Shown: in pieces, positions 59,102-64,000 of the stretch
How the letters are laid out: each line of letters begins with the position of its first letter
How positions within the stretch are numbered: the first letter of the stretch is position 1
DNA from: an uncultured Mycoplasmatota bacterium
GTDB lineage: Bacteria; Bacillota_I; Bacilli_A; RF39; UBA660
Length of the DNA stretch: 64,000 bases
Direction: 5' to 3'
Assembly: GCA_900553395.1 (NCBI GenBank)
Contig: USDJ01000005.1
Location: 10,489 to 74,488, forward strand
Notes under the pieces: generated by a model
What the model was told of the DNA's origin: nothing
Databases searched by the model: none
What the model saw: only the letters and a program-made list of their open reading frames with translations
Translations under genes and position numbers: made by a program

Positions 59102-59760
59102 AATAAAATATACCCTATTTTCTTTCTAGTTTCTATTGTATCAAAGTAACCATTATCTCTTAGTTTAGCTCTTAATCTACTTATATTAACAGTTAAAGCA
59201 TTGTCGTTAACATATTCTTCCATTTTCCAAAGACAAGTCATTAATTCATCACGTGTTACTATATTGCCTCTATTATTAAGCAAATAATTAAAAATAATCA
59301 TTTCATTTTTAGTTAATATTATTTGAACTTTATCATTTTCTAATGAACACGAACCTAAGTTTAAATTCAAATCTCTATATTTTAGTGTATCTTTAATAGA
59401 ACCTACTCTTTTCAAAATAGATGATATTCTAAGTAGTAAAATAGTAGGATTATATGGCTTAGTAATATAATCATCTGCCCCATATGAAATCGACAAAGCT
59501 TCATCTATTTCTGATGATCTACTCGTAACCATTATAATTGGCATATTTGATTCTTTTCTTATTTCTTTTATTAATTCTTCACCATTCATATAAGGAATAT
59601 TAATGTCTAAAAGCAACAAATCAGGATTATATTTAATTATTTTTTCTTTTGAATTTTTAAAATCATCTAATATAATTCCAGAGTATCCTGATGAATCAAG
59701 AAGTGCTTTTAACTCTAAGCATATATTTTTATCATCTTCAACAATCATAATTTTTTTCAT
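59098..59760 (-). CDS. OmpR-family response regulator (BceR-like)
   Basis: REC 'IMIVEDDKNI…LLLDINIPYMNG' plus a winged helix 'LTKNEMIIFNYLL…TVNISRLRAKL'. Overlaps the HK gene by 4 nt. Confidence 0.9.
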   Translation of the reverse strand: MKKIMIVEDDKNICLELKALLDSSGYSGIILDDFKNSKEKIIKYNPDLLLLDINIPYMNGEELIKEIRKESNMPIIMVTSRSSEIDEALSISYGADDYITKPYNPTILLLRISSILKRVGSIKDTLKYRDLNLNLGSCSLENDKVQIILTKNEMIIFNYLLNNRGNIVTRDELMTCLWKMEEYVNDNALTVNISRLRAKLRDNGYFDTIETRKKIGYILL

Positions 59761-59869
59761 ATATCACCACTTCTAACAATATTATATCACGTATAATTAA
59801 AATCTAATATTACAGTTTTGTAATGCACCAATAAACTAGAATTTCATAACCTATTACTAGGGGGGAAAT

Positions 59870-60958
59870 ATGAGAAAAATTTGTGTATACGCTATTAGTA
59901 AAAATGAAGAAAAATTTGTAAATCGTTGGTATGATTCTGTTAAAGAAGCCGATGATATATACGTTTTAGATACAGGATCTACCGATAATACTGTAGAAAT
60001 GTTAAAAAAATTAGGAGTAAATGTAAGTATCAAAGAAATTACTCCTTGGAGATTTGATGTAGCAAGAAATGAATCTTTAAAAATGGTTCCTAGTGATGCT
60101 GATGCATGTGTTTGCATAGATTTAGATGAAGTTCTAAATCCAGGCTGGAGAAATGAACTAGAAAAATCTTGGAAGGATGACACAACAAGATTAAGATATA
60201 CATACAATTGGAAGTTAGATTCAAACAACAAGCCTTTAATTAGTTTTTTATATGAAAAAATACATTCAAGAAATGATTATAAATGGACTCATCCGGTACA
60301 CGAAGTACTTGAATACATTGGAAAAGATAAAGAAAATTTTGTTCTAAATGAAAATATTGTTTTAAATCATTATCCCAATCCTAATAAATCAAGAAGTGAA
60401 TATCTACCATTATTAGAGCTTTCTGTTAAAGAAGATCCAAGTGATGATAGAAATATGCACTATCTAGGAAGAGAATATATGTATTACGGAAAGTGGAATG
60501 AGGCTATAGATACTTTAAAGAAACATCTGAAACTAGAAAAAGCTACTTGGAAAGATGAAAGATGTGCCTCTATGAGATTCATAGGAAGATGTTATAAAGA
60601 ACTAAATGAAATTGAAAAAGCTAGAGAATGGCTAAATAAAGCTATAATAGAAGCTCCCTATTTAAGAGATCCCTATGCAGAATTATTAGTACTAGAATAT
60701 TCAAATGGAAACTATAAAGAAGCTATAAGCTTAGGAGAAAAAGCTCTTAAAATAAATAAAAATACAAAATCATATATTAATGAACAATTTAGTAATGATG
60801 ATGTAATTTATGATCTTTTAAGTATTTGCTACTACTATGAAAAAGATTTAAATAATTCACTTTACTATATAAACAAAGCTTTAGAAATAAGGCCAAATGA
60901 TGATAGACTAAAAGAAAACAAAAAAATAGTTGAAGAAGAAATAAAGTTCTCTAATTAG
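59870..60958 (+). CDS. Family-2 glycosyltransferase fused to TPR repeats (SunS-like architecture)
   Basis: 'ICVYAISKNEEKFVNRWYDSVKEADDIYVLDTGSTDNTVEML', 'WRFDVARNESL', 'CIDLDE', 'HPVHEVL', followed by TPR-like 'YLGREYMYYGKWNEAIDTLKKHL…'. Confidence 0.75.
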   Translation: MRKICVYAISKNEEKFVNRWYDSVKEADDIYVLDTGSTDNTVEMLKKLGVNVSIKEITPWRFDVARNESLKMVPSDADACVCIDLDEVLNPGWRNELEKSWKDDTTRLRYTYNWKLDSNNKPLISFLYEKIHSRNDYKWTHPVHEVLEYIGKDKENFVLNENIVLNHYPNPNKSRSEYLPLLELSVKEDPSDDRNMHYLGREYMYYGKWNEAIDTLKKHLKLEKATWKDERCASMRFIGRCYKELNEIEKAREWLNKAIIEAPYLRDPYAELLVLEYSNGNYKEAISLGEKALKINKNTKSYINEQFSNDDVIYDLLSICYYYEKDLNNSLYYINKALEIRPNDDRLKENKKIVEEEIKFSN

Positions 60959-61021
60959 GGAACTTTTATCATTAACAAAAAGAAATATTATTCATAATAT
61001 AAACTAGTGAGGAGGAACACC

Positions 61022-61768
61022 ATGAAAAACATTTTAAAAATCAAAAACCTAAAAAAAATATATCACACTAAAACTCAAGAAATCATGGCAGTTAAAGATT
61101 TCTCATTTGATATTAAAAAGGGAGATTTTATTGCTATTGTAGGTCCTAGTGGATGTGGTAAATCAACTATATTGTCAATTTTATGTGGACTAGAAAAAAA
61201 ATCTGATGGAATTATTAATTTAGATAAAAATGAAAAAATAGGTTATATGCTTCAACAAGATTCACTATTTGAATGGAGAAACATTTTAAATAATTGTCTA
61301 TTAGGTCTAGAAATAAACAATACGTTAAATGAAGATAGTAAAAATAAAGTCATCAATTTATTAACTACTTATGGACTAAAAGATTTTATATATAGTTATC
61401 CAGACAATTTATCAGGTGGTATGAGACAAAGAGTTGCTCTAATAAGAACACTTGCTACAAATCCTACACTATTACTTTTAGATGAGCCTTTTTCTGCACT
61501 TGATTATCAAAGCAGATTATCAATATCTGATGATATATATACAATATTAAAAAAAGAGGGAAAAAGTATGATAATGGTCACACACGATATAGCAGAGGCT
61601 ATAAGTATGTGTGATAAAGTAATTGTTCTATCTAATAGGCCTGCTGTTATAAAAAATATATATGACATAAACTTAGAAAATAGGTCTACACCAATAAATA
61701 ATAGAAAAGATAAAAACTTTTCTTATTATTATGATGCCATATGGAAGGATATTGATTTTCATGTATAG
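61022..61768 (+). CDS. ABC transporter ATPase (SsuB/TauB-like, NitT/TauT family)
   Basis: 'GPSGCGKST', 'LSGGMRQRVALIRTL', 'LLLDEPFSALD'. ATG 61022 follows GAGGAGG. Confidence 0.9.
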   Translation: MKNILKIKNLKKIYHTKTQEIMAVKDFSFDIKKGDFIAIVGPSGCGKSTILSILCGLEKKSDGIINLDKNEKIGYMLQQDSLFEWRNILNNCLLGLEINNTLNEDSKNKVINLLTTYGLKDFIYSYPDNLSGGMRQRVALIRTLATNPTLLLLDEPFSALDYQSRLSISDDIYTILKKEGKSMIMVTHDIAEAISMCDKVIVLSNRPAVIKNIYDINLENRSTPINNRKDKNFSYYYDAIWKDIDFHV

Positions 61769-62552
61769 CAAAGAACACTTAGATTTTATTAGAAAGAACA
61801 AAAAAAATAAAATTATCATAAGATTTTTTCAATTACTCATCATATTAATTTTCATTTTCACATGGCAATTATTAGCGAATTTTAAAATAATAAACACTTT
61901 TATATTTTCAAGTCCAAAGAAAGTTATTGAAACTATAATAAAACTTTATACTAGAGAAAATTTACTAACTCATATATGGGTTACAGTTTACGAAACTTTC
62001 TTAAGTTTTAGCATAGCGACTATATTAGGAACTATAATTGCAGCTATATTGTGGTGGAATAAAAAGCTAGAAAAAATACTGGAACCTTATCTAACTATAT
62101 TAAATAGTCTTCCTAAAGTAGCCTTAGGGCCTATGATTATTATTTGGTTTGGTGCTGGAATTAAATCCATAATATTTATGGCACTTCTAATATCACTCAT
62201 AATAACAATTATAAATGTATATGAAGGATTTGATAGTACCAATTTAAACAAAATAAATCTTCTAAAAAGCTTAGGTGCTAATAAACGACAACTATTTTTT
62301 AAGCTTATTTTTCCAAATAGCTTAAAAAATATAATTAGTGCACTAAAAATAAATGTAAGTATGTCTCTAATTGGAGTTATAATGGGAGAATTTTTAGTTT
62401 CCAAAAAAGGAATTGGATATTTAATTTTATATGGCTCTCAAGTATTTAATTTAAGTTTAGTAATTAGCGGCATCATAATTCTTTGTGTAGTTGCTGCACT
62501 TATGTATTACTTAGTAAGCTATTTAGAATCAAAAATAAAAAATAAGGCATAA
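61761..62552 (+). CDS. ABC transporter permease (SsuC/TauC-like)
   Basis: Six hydrophobic spans and the EAA-loop-like 'LKSLGANKRQLFFKLIFPNSLKNIISALKI'. The start overlaps the ATPase stop (ATGTATAG). Confidence 0.85.
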   Translation: MYSKEHLDFIRKNKKNKIIIRFFQLLIILIFIFTWQLLANFKIINTFIFSSPKKVIETIIKLYTRENLLTHIWVTVYETFLSFSIATILGTIIAAILWWNKKLEKILEPYLTILNSLPKVALGPMIIIWFGAGIKSIIFMALLISLIITIINVYEGFDSTNLNKINLLKSLGANKRQLFFKLIFPNSLKNIISALKINVSMSLIGVIMGEFLVSKKGIGYLILYGSQVFNLSLVISGIIILCVVAALMYYLVSYLESKIKNKA

Positions 62553-62576
62553 AACAAAATGTGCCTTATTTTTTTA
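62542..62576. terminator. Bidirectional terminator between convergent genes
   Basis: ATAAGGCA-N12-TGCCTTAT, with an A-run before it and a T-run after it. Overlaps both stop codons. Confidence 0.6.
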
Positions 62577-63446
62577 TCTTATTTCATTTAGGTCTATTTT
62601 TTTACTCATTTCTTGTTCTAATAATTCTGGGTTATTTAATATATATTGAAACAAATTAAACGATTTAGCAAAATAATATCCGTCAGCTATTCTCTCATCT
62701 ATATTTATTCCAAATTCACAAACACTTCGAATCTCCTTTTTTCCACGTTCATTAATAACTTCTTCCTTTTTTATTTCACCTATAGTAGTTAATGATGAGC
62801 TAGTACCAAAGTTAGTTATATTGTGATAAATTGCTCCACATTTAATAGAACCTAAATTAGAAACTATCATACTACTATAGTACAAATTATCTTTAATAAG
62901 TGATTTAGGCAAAATTCCTTTTTTATCACACCACTTAAAAAGTCCAAGAATTGGTATTCTAATTATATTAGGCAATTTACCTAAAAAATCTATAGCGTTA
63001 TTAGCGCCTTTTTTCTTTACACTATCTCTTCTAATTGGATTAACTTTTTCTGAAATTTTTTTACTTATAGAAAATAAATTATCATTATCATCTATAGGAA
63101 TCATTACCATCATTTCTTCACTATCATCATTAAAAGATATTTTAGCTATAAAAGAAAGTATTATCTCATTATGTTCATATATATGTCTATTAGCTACAAA
63201 TCTATTAAGTTTAGGTCTATTATAAATAAGTTTTCCTAGTGCTGTGGCAAAAACGTGAAAATAAGATATTTTATCTTGATCTTCTTTATGATTATCCATA
63301 TATTTAACTAAGTTTGTTACATCTAATTTTTGATTAATATAAACATCACTATTACATCTATTTGGTTTTAAATCTATACATATTTGTGATAATCCACTTA
63401 TATTTTTTATTTTTTTGGCATCCTTTCTGCCTAAAATATTTTTCAT
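62574..63446 (-). CDS. Stand-alone 2-oxoacid dehydrogenase E2 / CAT-fold acyltransferase-like protein with a DER (not DHR) motif
   Basis: The C-terminus 'FGINIDERIADGYYFAKSFNLFQYILNNPELL' aligns with the E2 catalytic motif 'DHRxxDG…F…LExPxxLL'. 290 aa with no lipoyl domain. Confidence 0.62.
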   Translation of the reverse strand: MKNILGRKDAKKIKNISGLSQICIDLKPNRCNSDVYINQKLDVTNLVKYMDNHKEDQDKISYFHVFATALGKLIYNRPKLNRFVANRHIYEHNEIILSFIAKISFNDDSEEMMVMIPIDDNDNLFSISKKISEKVNPIRRDSVKKKGANNAIDFLGKLPNIIRIPILGLFKWCDKKGILPKSLIKDNLYYSSMIVSNLGSIKCGAIYHNITNFGTSSSLTTIGEIKKEEVINERGKKEIRSVCEFGINIDERIADGYYFAKSFNLFQYILNNPELLEQEMSKKIDLNEIR

Positions 63447-63507
63447 ATTACTCTCCTAACTATATATAATTATATCAAAAAAATAAGTCTTTATAAACTT
63501 ATTTTAT

Positions 63508-63834
63508 TTATATTAAATTTGCATCTTTTAAAACGTGCCATATACAAGAGTAACTTCTTTTACTATAAAATTTGCAAAATTTTCTAATAGATGCATTACT
63601 TCTTTTATATAAACTTATTATGTAAGCTTTTTCTTCTTCTGAAATAGTATTAGATGGCTTTCTTTTGGTGTTACCGTGGACTAGACTTATAGTACCATCT
63701 TCTATTTCCTTTTTTAATTTGAGTAAATATTTTTCATGGTACCCAGTTATTTTAGCTACTTCTTTATAAGTCAAAAAGCTTTCACCTGACATTACTTTTT
63801 TTATTAATGATACTGCTTCTTCTTTTTTTGACAT
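63508..63834 (-). pseudogene. N-terminal HTH fragment of an ISLre2-type transposase
   Basis: 'FLTYKEVAKITGYHEKYLLKLKKEIEDGTISLVHGNTKRKPSNTISEEEKAYIISLYKR' matches the N-terminal region of ISLre2-family transposases as I remember them. The ORF stops long before any DDE domain. Confidence 0.45.
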
Positions 63835-64000
63835 ACTATCACCAATTTCAATATAGCATATAAGTAATAAAATTGCAAGATAAATTATTTGTTTTTCTCT
63901 AAACAATGAATATATTCTATAGTATAATTCTTTTTATATTCCCTATTATTATCTGATTTGAAACGCTTATGTCTTTTTTCATATCTCTTATATGTACCAT

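Noticed and set aside
59857-60231. A 124-aa minus-strand ORF overlapping the start of the glycosyltransferase gene.
   Set aside because: It is antisense to a gene with clear GT2 motifs and a good RBS, and its translation has no recognisable features.

Overview
Very AT-rich Bacillota (Firmicutes) chromosome segment, probably Clostridia- or Erysipelotrichia-like, with standard genetic code and most genes on the minus strand. All calls rest on reading the supplied translations and the DNA by eye, and on remembered family motifs; no searches were run. The backbone is housekeeping: lepA, cca, hup, and hrcA-grpE-dnaK-(pepF)-dnaJ behind two CIRCE operators. It continues with engB, tRNA-Arg(UCU), polC, rimP-nusA-ylxR-(two deaminases)-infB-rbfA, a Rel/SpoT homologue, efp, rpmG, a class B PBP, nfo and pcrA. 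Sporulation-type genes are scattered through it: a SpoIIID-like protein, an orphan SpoIIIAH-like gene, a GerE-like gene and a GerM-like gene. Accessory content includes two prepilin-signal proteins (one fused to BspA-type leucine-rich repeats), a hybrid histidine kinase with a CheY-like protein, and an Aas-like HAD-acyltransferase plus AMP-ligase pair. It also includes a Bce-type peptide-antibiotic module (RR, HK, ABC ATPase, FtsX permease, VanZ-RDD) that, with a GT2-TPR glycosyltransferase, splits an ABC importer. An E2-like acyltransferase with an altered active site and a transposase fragment lie at the right edge. The best candidate for something undescribed is a pair of related operons (40.95-43.25 kb and 47.4-50.14 kb) flanking efp-rpmG-PBP-nfo. 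Each encodes a large protein with the same roughly 225-aa coiled-coil N-domain and a PEKKDP-type proline-rich linker, but a completely different C-terminal module. Each is accompanied by small unknown proteins, and one by a pseudopilin. No CRISPR array, rRNA or intact prophage was seen.
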